DNA from: Scyliorhinus canicula
Lineage: Eukaryota
DNA length: 64,000 nt
Assembly (NCBI RefSeq): GCF_902713615.1
Contig: NC_052158.1
Span: 43,735,159-43,799,158, forward strand
Reading direction: 5' to 3'
Of the stretch, positions 1-12,070 are shown in pieces (within the stretch, counting starts at the first letter, position 1; each line of letters begins with the position of its first letter). A program made the translations under genes and the position numbers. The notes under the pieces were generated by a model. It was given only the letters and a program-made list of their open reading frames with translations, did no database searches and was not told the DNA's origin.

Positions 1-1038
1 GAATCCTGTAATTGTCGTTGCACATTCTGGATGCGTCGTCATCGGAACTGGGAGCGTTGGCCTCTGACTGGTGGTGCAGACTTGTACAAGGCTGCATAGT
101 ATCCAGGCTTCCAGCAGTTTAAACATCGCTTGCCTCTTGCAGGGCAGTGTCCCTTTAATTAGGCGTTGTCACAGTTCGGGCACGTCATGACGTCAGTGTC
201 GTGACACGGTGTACGTTGTCGCACATGCACAGTGCGGTCAGCAGACGTCTGCACTTGCGCAGTGTGGGTGTCGGTCGCTTCATTATCCCGTTCGCATCGC
301 ACATGCGTGAGGCTTCGAGAATAGCGCGCGAGATGGCCGCTGTCTTCAATGCTGAGGCACTGCATCCGGGAGATGGCCTGCACACTCACTGCCTTGTGGG
401 AGGCAAGTTTATCATTTTCAGCCAATTTGTATTGGGAATACCGATTTTTTGTGTGCTCATGCACTGTACATGTTTCAATCCCGACTGGCAGGGTCATATG
501 CTTGATTTTTAAGAGCTGCTCTCTCAGAGGATCAGAGTGAACTCCAAGTACGATTTGGTCTCTGATCATGGAATCAGCAATATCACCATAGGTGCAGGAC
601 AGCACTAGCAGGCAGAAGGTAGTTAAGAAGGCATTGAAAGATTCATCTTTACCTTGAAGACATTGTTTGAATATGTAGTGCTCGAAGATTTCATTGGTGT
701 CCACTTCACAGTGACTATCGAACTTGTCCAGGATGGTCTGAAACTTTGTCTTATCCTGGTCTTCAGTGAAGTTAAACGAGTTGAAGGGGTTCAATGGCTT
801 GATCACCTGCTATTGAGAGGAGATGCACGATCTTTCTTGCATCAGACACACCCTCGAGGTCTGAGGCTTCGATGTACAGCAGAAACTTTTGCTTGAATAT
901 CCGTCAGTTGGCACTGAGATTGCCAGGTCCTAAGCTGGTGTGGAGCCTGAATCTTTTCCATGGTGCCGGGATACATTTGCTGGTCGTCACTGAACGGACT
1001 GAGGTAAGCCACCTTAAATTAGTAATCTCCTGGTATCA
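1..1038 (-). mobile_element. Gypsy/Ty3 LTR retrotransposon internal region (decayed gag), runs off the left edge
   Basis: ORF 159..806 (QGKDESFNAFLT, DSMIRDQIVLGVHSDPLREQLL, start of a zinc knuckle CPNC) is paralogous to the gag at 52900-53680. PBS-like TGATACCAGGAG on the minus strand directly follows the LTR. Confidence 0.88.
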
Positions 1039-1437
1039 TGTTGTGTTAGGTACACTGGTCTAACACTGGCTGCAACTGGATGCAGCTTAGATCAGAAAGA
1101 TACTCCAGACCTTGAAGTTAGTTCAATCAGGTTTATGGAACTAATAGTGCAGTCAGCACAGTTCTCTGTGAGTTCGACTCTGCTAATTTAAGTGTGGTTA
1201 CTCTGTCTGACTGAACCAGACAAGCTCATTGCCACGTAGTGAAGGTGAGATTGTAACAACACCCTTGACTGACTCTCTAGATGTTCATCAATGGAAAGAG
1301 GAGTGCGAGTGCCTTGTGTCTTTTAAGGTCAGATCCCACCCCCGAGTGTCCTGCCTGCTTATTGGTCATGGCCTGTTTTCTGTGTCCATTAGCTGCTTGT
1401 CTGTATATCATTATATGTGTGTCTGTGTATCATGACA
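1039..1437 (-). mobile_element. 5' LTR of the left-edge Gypsy element
   Basis: TG...CA termini (tgttgtgttagg...catgaca), adjacent PBS, and similar length and ends to the LTRs at 47633 and 53752. Confidence 0.85.
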
Positions 1438-1439
1438 AC

Positions 1440-2090
1440 GCTATCAGCAGAGCTTTCTGTTCCTTTCTTCCTCATCTACTTACCTAACTTCCAATCAAAT
1501 ACATTAAAACTACTTGCCTTTACCATTCCCTCTTAGAGCAAGTTCCACATTCCAATTATTCCCTTTGGAATGAGGTTTCTCCTGAATTCCTCATAGGATC
1601 TATTATTGACCAGCTTATATTTCTGGAACCTAGTTATGGACTCACCCACACAAGTGGAAACATCTCTCCATTTACCCCCAAATTCTTGATTTTATATTTT
1701 ATCACTTCAAAGCTTTCTGTGATGTCCCCCCATAGCCTACTCTTTTCTAGAAGAGTGCCAGCCTGTTCGATATTGCCCTGATAGTTACAATCTCTCAATT
1801 CTCAATATCATCCTCTCAATATTTTTTTGCACCTTCTCCAGTTCCTTTCCGTCCTTTTTCAATATGTTGATGTGAACCCTGCACAGCTCTCAGAGGGTCT
1901 AAACAAGGTTCGAGAAAAGTTCAACATCACTTCTCTACTATTCCTCCAAAAATGGACTCCAGTAATATTGTTTGATTTTTTATAAAATGTCCTTGTTGAG
2001 CTGTCTTGTTACTTTTAATGATTGATGAACCTGTAATTCTGTCCTTGCACAACTTGTAAATATGGCCTTTGGTCCTCCCTTTCTTCTCCA
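1440..2090 (-). mobile_element. Old CR1-type LINE 3' fragment
   Basis: Decayed CR1-like RT C-terminus. Its inverted paralog lies at 54270-54700. Confidence 0.55.
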
Positions 2091-2570
2091 ATTGAAATAA
2101 TTTGTCCACCAAATCAGCCCATAGTCTCCACTTCCCTAAAGTGCACACAGCCAGCTCTTGGGATCCAATGGGGCAAAATACTGTGAATGCTGGAAATGTG
2201 ATAGAGATTCAGAAAATGCTGGAAATGCTCAGGTCAGAATAAAAGCTCAAAAGATCCGAGAAGGTGAAAATAGCAGTTTATTTTCAACCAAAAGAAAAGG
2301 CACACAGCTTCCAAACAGGACTACCGATCATGCCGGTCCCAATTCGGGGCAGCTTTTCAAAGTTGATTCTGTGAGCTCCATCCTCGTGGGTCTCGCTAGG
2401 GTTATTACATCCCTCCCCCCTCAAAGTCTGAAGGTTTCTCTGTCGCTGCCTGCAGAAGAGGTCTCCTTCGCCTTTTACTGGGGCTGGGTCCGGGTGTGTG
2501 TAACGCATCAAGGAGTGTCGCCTTTACCGACCATCCATCTCTGACCATAGTGTCCACCAACGATATTGAA

Positions 2571-2750
2571 AATGAATGAAAATTGCTTATTGTTACGAGT
2601 AGGCTTCAATGAAGTTACTGTGAAAAGCCCCTAGTCGCCACATTCCGGCGCCTGTCCGGGGAGGCTGGTACGGGAATCGAACCGTGCTGCTGGCCTGCTT
2701 GGTCTGCTTTAAAAGCCAGCGATTTAGCTGAGTGTGCTCAACCAGCCCCT
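2571..2750 (-). mobile_element. Short tRNA-derived SINE (same family as 33170-33365)
   Basis: A/B-box-like head (ggttcgattccc), tail cacagtaacttcattgaagcctact...(ttca)n, and a second copy in the window. Confidence 0.8.
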
Positions 2751-3032
2751 GCTGGTTATGTATCCATTTCTGACGCTGAGCCTTCCATCTCCTGCTGACC
2801 TGGACCTTGGAGGTATGTGCTACCTGGTTAATGAATGATAGGCAAGGGGGACGCGGGACTGATTCATCTGGCAGGTTTGCCTCTGGTGTGGGCTGCCTGG
2901 CTTAGAGGTGGTCCACATGCTTGCGTACAGTCCGTTCTCTGGTTTTAACCATTTAGGAGATTTTGTCTGTCTTCTCCATGATGGTCCCCGGTATCCACTG
3001 GGTGTCGTCCCCAAAATTCCAGTAGTTTACTG

Positions 3033-3715
3033 CGTTATGGGCCAGGGCTTACAAACTCCAAAGTATAATATGAAGTTCACATGACCTATAACTTTTATGT
3101 TGAACTTGGCTAGGATGAGCACAAGAGCCTTCGCTTCAGGTGTGATTCATCAAACTTCTTAGGCGCTTTTATCAAAGCAAAGTTTATTATAAGAGTATAG
3201 TTAACATATATAAAACACTTATCAAGAATTTATCAATTACAAACATGAAGAAACATACAACAGCGACAGTAATCTATGTGTATAACTCTTAATGAATCCC
3301 CTTAGCTGTTCCAATTCAATACAAAATCCAATAAAACCAAAACCCCTTTCAAGGGTGTGGCCCAGCACACTGTAATTTCATTTGAATGGGACTGGTCGTT
3401 TCCCTGAGATTCTGATCCAGTTTCCAACCAGCAGATTCAAAACTCCTTCAGGAAAGCAACCCTAGCTTTAAGGTCACCAAGGCAGTTTGCCACACCCAGT
3501 GTGCTTTCAGTTCACTGGAACAGATTTAAGAGAAAACAGAGAAAACAGGGAAACTTCCTCCAGTCCAAACAAACAAACCGAAAATGAAGCCAAACACTAA
3601 ACCCCTTCTCAACTGACAGCCACAGCCCAGCTCCACTCACAAAGGACATCACTGAAGCTGTGCTACAAGCCATGTGGCAAAACAAAATTTTTCTTCAAGG
3701 GACACTAACATAACA
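3033..3715. mobile_element. Solo LTR with 4-bp TSD
   Basis: (C/T)GTTAT...ATAACA termini and ACTG duplicated at 3029-3032 and 3716-3719. Removing it restores the host integrase frame (GFKPGVAV|NYWNFGD). Confidence 0.85.
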
Positions 3716-4716
3716 ACTGCGACTCCTGGTTTGAACCCTCTGTCCTGCTTCCAGTGGTCATGATATCTCTTCTGGCGATTTTGTTTCTTTTCCACCTTCC
3801 CGCCAAGGTTGAGAAATATCTTAAACGGGAAAAGCTTAAATGGGTTTGGAGCCGTCGACCCATTAGTAGCGCTATCCTGGTTGTAACATGTGGTGTGATC
3901 CTCCAATTAAATTAAAACATGCAAATTTTATTTCAACTGACCTAGTAGTTGTTTTTTCATGATGCTCTTAAAGGTTTGCACTGCCCGCTCAGGCAGACCA
4001 TTTGAAGAAGAGTGATATGGGGCGGTAAACCCCTGAAATTCCTCATTTGTGAAAGGGGTACCGTTACTGGTGACAAGCACATCTGGAATATTGTGGATGC
4101 TGAATGATTGGCGTAGCGTCTCTATGGTGACTTGCAAAGTGGTGGAAGGCATCCGATATACATCCATCCACTTTGAGTGGGCATCAATCAGCTGTGGAAA
4201 CAGTGACCTCAGGAAGGGACCAGTGAAGTCGGCGTGCAAACACACCCAAAGGCACCCCGGCCACTCCCATGGGTGAAGCGGGGTTGACAGCAGGAGCTTT
4301 TGATGTTCTTGGCAGGCCGCACACTGCTGCACCATCCTCTCAACATTGCTATCATGCCCTGGTCACCGCACGTAGCTCCTGGTGAGCATTTTAATTTTGG
4401 AAACTCTCGGGTGTCCACTGTGTAAGTTCTGCAAAATGTTTTTTAATGCCTTGCCTCGGGGCAACCATGTGGGCTCCCCACAGGAGGATGCCGTCCTCTA
4501 CACTAAGCTCATGTTGCTTAGTTGCGAATGCTCACAGCTCTTCTGAAAGTTTTCCCTGTAGTCCCCCCCATGTAGCATGATGAGGCATAATGTTTCCAAT
4601 GTAGGGTCCTTTTGAGTCCATGCACGAATTTGTGAGGCCGTAACAGTTAACGTGTCCATGGTGTTTCGTGCCAACACAACTGTGTTTGCTGCTGGCGAGG
4701 ACGGATGGACATATAT

Positions 4717-5541
4717 TATTACAATCCCAGACCAGACCCTAACAGAGGCTAGGTTACTGGACTTAAACCCCAATATTTTAGTTTATTTTAGGACTGTTTG
4801 GAAAGAATGATTCACTGCAGGAATGATTGCATGAAAAATAGGGTTTTGGTATTTCTAAACCAAAACTATATTATGAATGCAATATTAAACCTTTAACTTC
4901 ACACCTAAAAAGAGTAGCTTGCAATTACCCCTTAACACAACTATACAATTTCCCATTAAACAACAAGAAAATAAACATACAGCTCTTAATCCAACGTAAA
5001 ATTAGCAGGGAGAGTAATACTAGCTTTATAAAATAGATTTGGCTCCGGTTGGAATCCCTTCAGAATCTGGCTGAATATCTTCAAATAGCTGCTTCACCTA
5101 GATTGTTTCAGTCCCTTCAGACAAGATTGATCTGCTTTAAAGTATTATTACTCTTTTTAAAAAACTATCCTCTTTGGAAAGAATTGTGGACTCAGTCAGG
5201 CAGATCAGAACTCAGCTCCTCTCTCGTTCTCAAAGGTTCTCCAAACTCACGGCCTTTCTGGGCTGCACCCAGCAATGACCTCATCTCCCAAGCTAAAATA
5301 CAAATTATCTCTGCAAGCTGCAAAAGCACATTAACTCCCCAAGGGCCTCCCCAGTCAAACCACAGTTCATTAGCCAAGACTGAAAAACACATTCCTTTGT
5401 TAATTTTACCTGCGATTGCATAGAAGCAAATAAAATTATTTTTAAAACCATGATCACTGCAGCCATAGACTATACTCGCAGGCTTTTCACTCTTGTACCA
5501 ATTTCAGAAGCCAATATTCCTGAATGAATCCAATCATCACA
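4717..5541 (-). mobile_element. 3' LTR of a Gmr1-like Gypsy element
   Basis: Minus-strand PPT AAGGGGGAGG is immediately followed by TGTGAT. The far end TTGTAATA resembles a decayed TCGTAACA. Confidence 0.75.
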
Positions 5542-5722
5542 CCTCCCCCTTAAAAAAAATGAACCAGCAATGTAAACAGTTTGTTTCATTTTTCTAAAAC
5601 CTTTTTAATGTTAAACATTTCTTCAGATCATATACAACTTATACTTTAGACAATATATCATTTTACATTTTTCAACCGGCAAACATCAACATGAATGTAG
5701 TCCATTTTAATCTTCTCACATG

Positions 5723-6075
5723 TTATAATCCACTCCAAGAGCGAGAGCGATTTCCAAAGACCCAGGCGGCCACTAAGATTTCATCCATACTGTTACACAA
5801 CAAAAGTTTAATCAACAATTCAGTTATATGTAGTTGCCTGGCACTGCCAGCAGAATTCTTCACTTGACAGTAAGGCAGGTTGTTGATCGATGTTGCAGCA
5901 TTCATCATCAGTTCTTCACATTTATCAACTGTTTTGTATTCTGCTTCCATCGAGGTCTGTTGAGGATATCCAAAAAATAGTTGGTAACAGCTAGTGTATT
6001 CAGACAGTGCAAGACGAGAGTCATTATATGCTGAAAGATTGCTGAATATTCTGGCTACATTTGTACCAGATCTTC
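5723..6075 (-). pseudogene. ARMC2: Processed (intronless) ARMC2 fragment carried inside an LTR retroelement
   Basis: Translations TNVARIFSNLSAYNDSRLALSEYTSCYQLF../ILNRPRWKQ and EYKTVDKCEELMMNAATSINNLPYCQVKNS..LHITELLIKLLLCNSMDEILVAAWVFGN align by eye with vertebrate ARMC2 (TNIARIFSKLTSY..; EYKSLDDCEELVINATATINNLSYYQVKNS..LYIAELLLKLL..MDGILEAVRVFGNL), recalled from memory. Confidence 0.8.
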
Positions 6076-6532
6076 AGCCTCCAGATACAATATTCCTCCA
6101 CTGAAGAGGCTCTCTGTGAAACAGTGAGACAGTTCCAGTCCTTCATCTGTCCCTCCTGAGCAGATCCTAGTATCATCAACTCCTGAGTCATTACAATGAT
6201 AGGAATTTGACTTCCTGGAACTCCATAGTTCTTGCATTTTCTTTAAATTGCAACCTGTTGTCCTGTGATTAATTTCCTCTCTTGTTAAAGTTGTTGTCAC
6301 TCCTCTTCTAGCTCATGCAGACAACATCTGGTATGCTGAGGTTCCTGTGCAATTTGATGCCGGATCTCAGTCCCCCCCCCCCCCCCCCCCCCCCCGAATC
6401 TGCCTTTTCAAGCTAGCTTTCTCTTCTGTCATCATTCTGCTAGATGAGGCTCCAATGCAATGCTGATCCCTAGCCTTCAGCTCCTCATTAACTCTATCGA
6501 GGAGTTCTGTTTGGCGTTTACGTATATCAGCC

Positions 6533-7440
6533 TTTTGTACTTGTGCTAACTTTAGTGGATTGAGCCTGCATGGATGTTGTTTAATGGGAATAGCATTTCC
6601 TATATCGACATCATGAATAATTACTTTCTTACTTCCCAATTTATTGCCACAAAGGGCTCTATGTGATTATCACAACTCTTTTAGGTCATTTTGATTTTCT
6701 TCTGAAGGTAACTCAATTATTTATCCCAATTTTTGAATACATCCTCGTTATTCAATTTAATTTGAGGAATGTCAAATTCATAATTGTCTGGATTTATCTC
6801 TTCTCCCAGAGCTACGAAGACTTCCTCCTTAATTCCTTCTCTATCAAAATACCTTTTGAGCATATTAACAGGACACACTCTTGTGAGTTTCCCTTGTCTG
6901 CCGTTCTTACCAAATAATGCACCCTATTCAATTTCCCAAGGCCCACTAAATTTTGCTTTTAATGGTTCACCGATCATTGGTAACAATACCGGTACTTTCT
7001 CCCCACTAACAAAACTACACACTTTTTATTGCTTATCCACCTCTTTTTCATCACAAGATGTGACAATTATAAATGCTTCCCAGTCAGCTCAGCAGCCCTA
7101 GTTAATATCTCCCTACAATTTGACACATAGTCCAACACCGTTGTCTCCCACCGCTGATTCATCAATTTCTCTTTAATCAATTTAAGTGGTCCTCTTACCC
7201 CAGGACCAAAAATCAATTTGAATTGGCTGCATATAATTAATTCATTCGGTGCATTCCTAATTGCAAATTGTACAAATGGAATGCCTTTATCCCAATCCTC
7301 TGGATAATCTTGACTACAGACCAACATGGTCTTGAAGAGTTTAATGCCAACCTTCTAATGCCCTTTGTGATTCCGGATGATACACCATTGCGATAAATTG
7401 CTTTATTCCTAAACTATCCATAACTTCCTTGAATAGTTCC
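6533..7440 (-). mobile_element. Gmr1-like Gypsy pol fragment (integrase upstream of RT)
   Basis: Integrase motifs (YHPESQRALEGW; DWDKGIPFVQFAIRNAPNE) at 7067-7390 come before the RT N-terminus (HDVDIGNAIPIKQHPCRLNP) at 6540-6640 on the same strand. Confidence 0.8.
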
Positions 7441-7451
7441 TTGAATAATGC

Positions 7452-7750
7452 TGCCGCAGCTCCAGGATCCCGGGTTCAATTCTAGCCTTGGGTACTGTTT
7501 GTGTGGAGCTTGCACTTTCTCCCCGTGTCTGCGTGGGTTTCCTCCGGGTGCTCCTTTTCCCTCCCACAATGCAGGTTAGATGGATTGGCCATGCTAAATT
7601 ACCCCCCAGTATCCAGAGGTTAGGTGGGATTACTGGGTTTTGGGTAAAGGGCGGAGCCATTGGCTTAATTAGGGTGCTCTTTCCAAGGGCTGGTGCAGAC
7701 TTAATGAGCCGAATGACCTCCTTTTGCACTGTAAACTGTATGATTCTAGT
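7452..7750 (+). mobile_element. HE1-type V-SINE
   Basis: B-box, V-domain (ccccgtgtctgcgtgggtttcctccgggtgctcc) and CR1-like tail gcactgta... Confidence 0.85.
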
Positions 7751-7754
7751 CAAG

Positions 7755-8750
7755 GTATTTTCATATAAACAAACAAAAGCAGAAGAAAAATCATACATTA
7801 TAAATAACCAACACCCACTCCCCCAATCTCACCCCTTCTCCTATCCTGCCTTCCCCTTTTTAACCCCCTAACCACTCTTTCTCCCCCCCCCCCCCCTTTT
7901 TTGCTGACCCCTCTGAAGGTGGCCACCTCTGGACTCAGGGCCACCTTCACCCCCAGCACTTCAGACATTACGTCTACGAGTACGCAATTATGTTTTTTTT
8001 CCAATTAAGGGGCAATTTAGCATGGCCAACCCACCTGACCTGCCCATCTTTGGGTTGTGGGGGTGAAACTCACGCAAACACGAGGAGAATGTGCAAACTC
8101 CACACAGATAGCGACCCAGGGCCAGGATTCGAACCTGGGTCTTCAGCGCCGTAGTCCCGGTGCTAACCACTGTGCCATGTGCCACCCTCTCTGTATAGAT
8201 TTCTAACTCACAAGAAATTCACTTTTTATAGCTGAAACCTAACTTTTCCTCAGCGCCGTGGCCAGCAGTGCTAACCTTGCCACCCTTCACATATGCTTTA
8301 TGTCCCCCATCCTGGCCCTCTCCCAGTCCACCAACTCCTTGTAAACCTTGGACACCTTCCCCTCCCCTATCTCATCCTTCGACAGTACCTTAGCCTGCAA
8401 CACTAGGATGGCACCAGTCTCTTTGCAAAATACCAGACCTGCAGGTGCATGAAATCGTTTCCCCTGGGTAACTTGTAATCTTCCTCCATGTCCTCCAACT
8501 TTGCCCCCTATGAACAGATTGCCAAATCGCTCAATCCCCGCCTGCCACCATCCCTGAAACCTCGCATCCAACCCCCCCCCCCCCCCCCCACCCCACGCAA
8601 ACCTATGGTTGTCGCAGATCGGCGCCCACACCGAGACACCATCCATTCCCATATGCTGCCTGCACTGCCCCCACAACCTTAAGGGCGATACCACCACTGG
8701 GCTCATGCAGTGCCTGGCCAGCGAGAACGGCAGAGGAGCCGACAAAAAAG
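7755..8750 (-). mobile_element. L1-clade LINE 3' fragments (same family as 54705-58007), interrupted by a V-SINE at about 7990-8187
   Basis: ORF 8287..8775 ([27 protein letters not shown]) matches ORF 56637..57578. Confidence 0.8.
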
Positions 8751-8754
8751 GCTG

Positions 8755-9262
8755 CATTTGGAATATTGTGCACAATTCTGGTCGCTACAGTACCAGAAGG
8801 ATGTGGAGGCTTTGGAGAGGGTGCAGAGGAGGTTTACCAGGATGTTGCCTGGTCTGGAGGGTGTTAGCTATGCAGAGAGGCTGAATAGACTTGGACTGTT
8901 TTCATTAGAACGACGGAGGTTGAGAGGCGACCTGATAGAGGTCTACTAGATTAAGAGGGGCATGGATAGTGTGGATGGGCAGGCACTCTTTCCCAGGGTG
9001 GAGGGGTCAGTCACTAGAGGGCATAGGTTTAAGGTGCGTGGGACAAAGTTTAGAGTTGTGCGAGGCAGGTTTTTTTAGAAGTGGTGAGTGCCTGGAATGT
9101 GCTGGAAGCAGATACATTAACGGAGTTCAAAAGGCATCTCAACAAATACATGGATCGGCTGGCTATATAGGGATACGGCACTTGGAAGTGCTGAGGGTTT
9201 TGGCCGAGGGTGGTAAAGGCTTGGAGGGTTGAAGTTCCTGTTCCTGTGCTGTATTATTCTTT
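8755..9262 (+). mobile_element. CR1 LINE 3' fragment
   Basis: [45 protein letters not shown] followed by a CR1 3' tail. Confidence 0.9.
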
Positions 9263-9602
9263 GAGCCTCAGCTGATGGGCCTCCACATTAGTGGGGAAGC
9301 TCGAATTCCACAAGCCCCACAAGCAGTCGTCCCGATGGGTCTTGCGATTGTCATTGCAGTCAGAAATCACCTGTGGAGAGAGAAGCAACCTCTCTTAACC
9401 TTTGACCTGCCCGACCACACAACCTTCCACCTGTAACCCTTCTGTGTTGTCCAGTCAGTGGGACTGCTGTGATGTGTGCCACTTTTTCCTCTTCAGTTGT
9501 ATCCAGAGAATCTCCTGCAATGGTGAATCATCCCATGCCAATCTCTCTGGAATTCAACCTAGAGTACATCCACGAACCCTATCTGTTTATCATCTACATG
9601 AT

Positions 9603-10690
9603 GCGGGGGGGGGGAGGGGTAAAGAAAGGGGAATCGCAGGGTAAGGAGGGCGGATGGAGGAGGTGAAGGAAGAGATGAGGTGTGAAGGAGGGATGGGATG
9701 AAGGAGAGAAGGGAGTGAGCAAGGGGGTTTGGTGGGTGAGGAAAGAGTGCATGGGGATAAAGGAGGCAAAAGGAGGAGTGAAGGGTTGAGTCGATGGCAG
9801 CATGAGGGAGGGAGTTGGGGTGAGAAAAAGGGGATGGGGTGAGGGAAAGGGTGAGGGGGATGAATGATGGAATGTGTGGGAATGGGGGTGAGTGAGGGGA
9901 TATAGGGGTGAGAGTGGATATGGGGGTGAGTGAGGGGATATGGGGAAGGTATGGGCATGTGAGGGGGTGAAGGAGGATGGGGTGGGTGAGGGGATGAGGG
10001 TGAGCGGAGAGGGGTGGGGGCTGAGGGGAGGTAAGTGAGGCAAGATGGGGTGTGAGGGAGATGAGCTGTGAGGGAGGGGGAAATGGGGGTGGGTTGTGAG
10101 TGAGGGGAGATGGGGGTGTAGAGGGAATGGGGGTGTGAGGGAGGGAATGGGGGTGTGAGGGGGTTGAGTTGTGAATGATGGGGATGTGAGGGAGGGAATG
10201 GGGGTGTGAGGGAGGGAATGGGGGTGTGAGGGAGGGAATGGGATGTGAGGGAGGGAATGGGGGTGTGAGGGAGGGAATGAGGGTGTGAGAGGGATGAGTT
10301 GAGTGAGGGGAGATGGGGGTGTGAGGGAGGGAATGGGGGTGTGAGGGAGTTGAGTTGTGAATGAGGGGAGATGGGGGTGTAGGGGGAATGTGGGTGTGAG
10401 GGGGGGAATGAGGGGGTTGAGTTGTGAATGAGGGGAGATGGGGGTGTAGGGGGAATGTGGGTGTGAGGGAGGGAATGAGGGTGTGCGAGGGATGAGTTGA
10501 GAGTGAGGGGGAGATGGGGGTGTAGGGGAATGTGGGTGTGAGGGAGGGAATGAGGGTGTGCGAGGGATGAGTTGAGAGTGAGGGGGAGATGGGGGTGTAG
10601 GGGAATGTGGGTGTGAGGGAGGGAATGAGGGTGTGAGAGGGATGAGTTGAGAGTGAGGAGGAGATGGGGTGAGTTTAGGGGGATAGAGGT
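9603..10690 (+). repeat. G/A-rich low-complexity, minisatellite-like tract
   Basis: The plus strand is nearly C-free, with (gagggagggaatgggggtgt)n units and higher-order units of about 75 bp at 10430-10670. Confidence 0.9.
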
Positions 10691-10699
10691 TGAGCAGAT

Positions 10700-11010
10700 T
10701 TAACGGCCGCGATCCTGGCCCCGCCCCCCGGAGCGATTTGGAACCCCGAACGCTGGGCGGAGAACTACAACTCCCATCAGGCACCGCAGGCTGACTCTCA
10801 CGGCTCTCACTGCTCCTCACGGCCACATGCAGCATGGGTAATCGCGCTCTGGCGGTCGGAGTCCACACCGACTGCGCAGAACCAGACTCGAATCTGCGAA
10901 CTATCAAAGCCCCGCCTTCTTATCCGGCGGGAATTCATTGTAGCTCTCTCCCTTGTTGGCTGCGAGAAACGTCAATCAGAGAACGGCGCTGTTTGATTGG
11001 CTGTGTGTTG
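10700..11010 (+). promoter_or_regulatory. CpG-rich promoter of ZNF-1 with ZNF143/Staf site, GC box, CRE-like and CCAAT elements
   Basis: ACTACAACTCCCATCAGGCACCGC at 10764-10787, GGCCCCGCCCCC at about 10718, acgtca at about 10969 and gattgg at about 10995. The motifs are conserved in paralogs. Confidence 0.75.
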
Positions 11011-11053
11011 GATATTGAGTGTTTTTTCGAAGCATTTCCCTTCTGATTTACAG

Positions 11054-11092
11054 GCTGAGTTTTGTTGATGGATCATTGCTGAATATGAGAAG
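11054..11092 (+). other. Probable 39-nt non-coding 5' exon of ZNF-1 (paralogs near 23863-23901 -, 46735-46773 - and 59868-59902 +)
   Basis: tttacag| acceptor and AAG|GTGAGG donor, conserved across paralogs. Confidence 0.6.
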
Positions 11093-11379
11093 GTGAGGTG
11101 TAATTATCTGGGAGCGGCAGAGACACATTTATTGGAACATCTTTCAATGTCTTCTTTAAAGATTTTACATAAAGGCTTCGGTGTTTCTCAAAAGCCTGGG
11201 CTTGGATTTGTTAGTTTTGCCCAGTGCTGTGTGTATGAGAGCTAAATTTGGGATGTGCAGTCTGAGTGAGTGCAATGTACCTAATTTCCCAGGATAAACC
11301 AGAACCCTTCAATCAGTTACACTGAATCAATATTTCTTTCGCTTCCAGCACTTCCTGCCCAGTGTGCTCAAATAATTTT

Positions 11380-12070
11380 GGACCGTGGGAGGAAACCAGA
11401 GCACCAGGAGAAAACCCACGCAGACACAGGGAAAACATATCTGCTTCCAGCGCGTTCAAGGCATTCACCACCCTCTGTGCAATAAAACCTGCCTCGTACA
11501 TCTCTGAACTTTGTCCCATGGACCTTAAACCTATGCCCTCGTGACTGACCCCTCCACCCTGGGAAAGAGTGCCCCTCTTAATCTTGTAGACCTCTATCAG
11601 GTCAAAATCTCTATTAATCTCTGGGCAGCATGGTAGCACAGTTGCTTCACAGGTTCCAGGTTCGATTTCCGGCTTGGGTTACTGTCTGTGCGGAGTCTGC
11701 ACGTTTTTCCTGTGTCTGCGTGGGTTTCCTCCCACGGTCCAAAGATGTGCGGGTTAGGTGGTTTGGCCATGCTAAATTGCCCTTAATGTCCAAAAAGGTT
11801 ATAGATATAGAATTTACAGTGCAGAAGGAGGCCATTTGGTCCATCGAGTCTGCACCGGCTCTTGGAAAGAGCACCCTACCCAAGCCCACACCCCCACCCT
11901 ATCCCCATAACCCAGTAACCCCACCCAACACTAAAGGCAATTTTGGACTAAGGGCAGGTTAAGTGAGGTTACTGCGTTATGGGGATAGGGTGGAGGCGTG
12001 GGCTTGAGTAGAGTTCTCTTTCTGAGGGCTTGATGGGCCAAATGGCCTCCTTCAGCACTGTAAATGCAAT
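11380..12070. mobile_element. Cluster of HE1/V-SINE and CR1 fragments on both strands in the ZNF-1 intron
   Basis: HE1 + at 11623-11805, HE1 tail - at 11806-11945, CR1 - at 11440-11605. Confidence 0.75.

Larger units (their letters stand above)
2240..4716 (-). mobile_element. Gypsy remnant: integrase region, PPT and partial 3' LTR, interrupted by a SINE and a solo LTR
   Basis: ORF 3928..4335 (CAACQ..PLHPWEWP..LHADFTGPF..IDAHSKW..NGLPERAVQTFK) is an integrase core. Minus-strand PPT GAGGGGGGAGGGA is followed by TGTAAT at about 2410. Confidence 0.85.

Noticed and set aside
9594-10907. 437-aa Pro/His/Ser-rich ORF
   Set aside because: It is the translation of a low-complexity G/A tract that lacks stops by composition.
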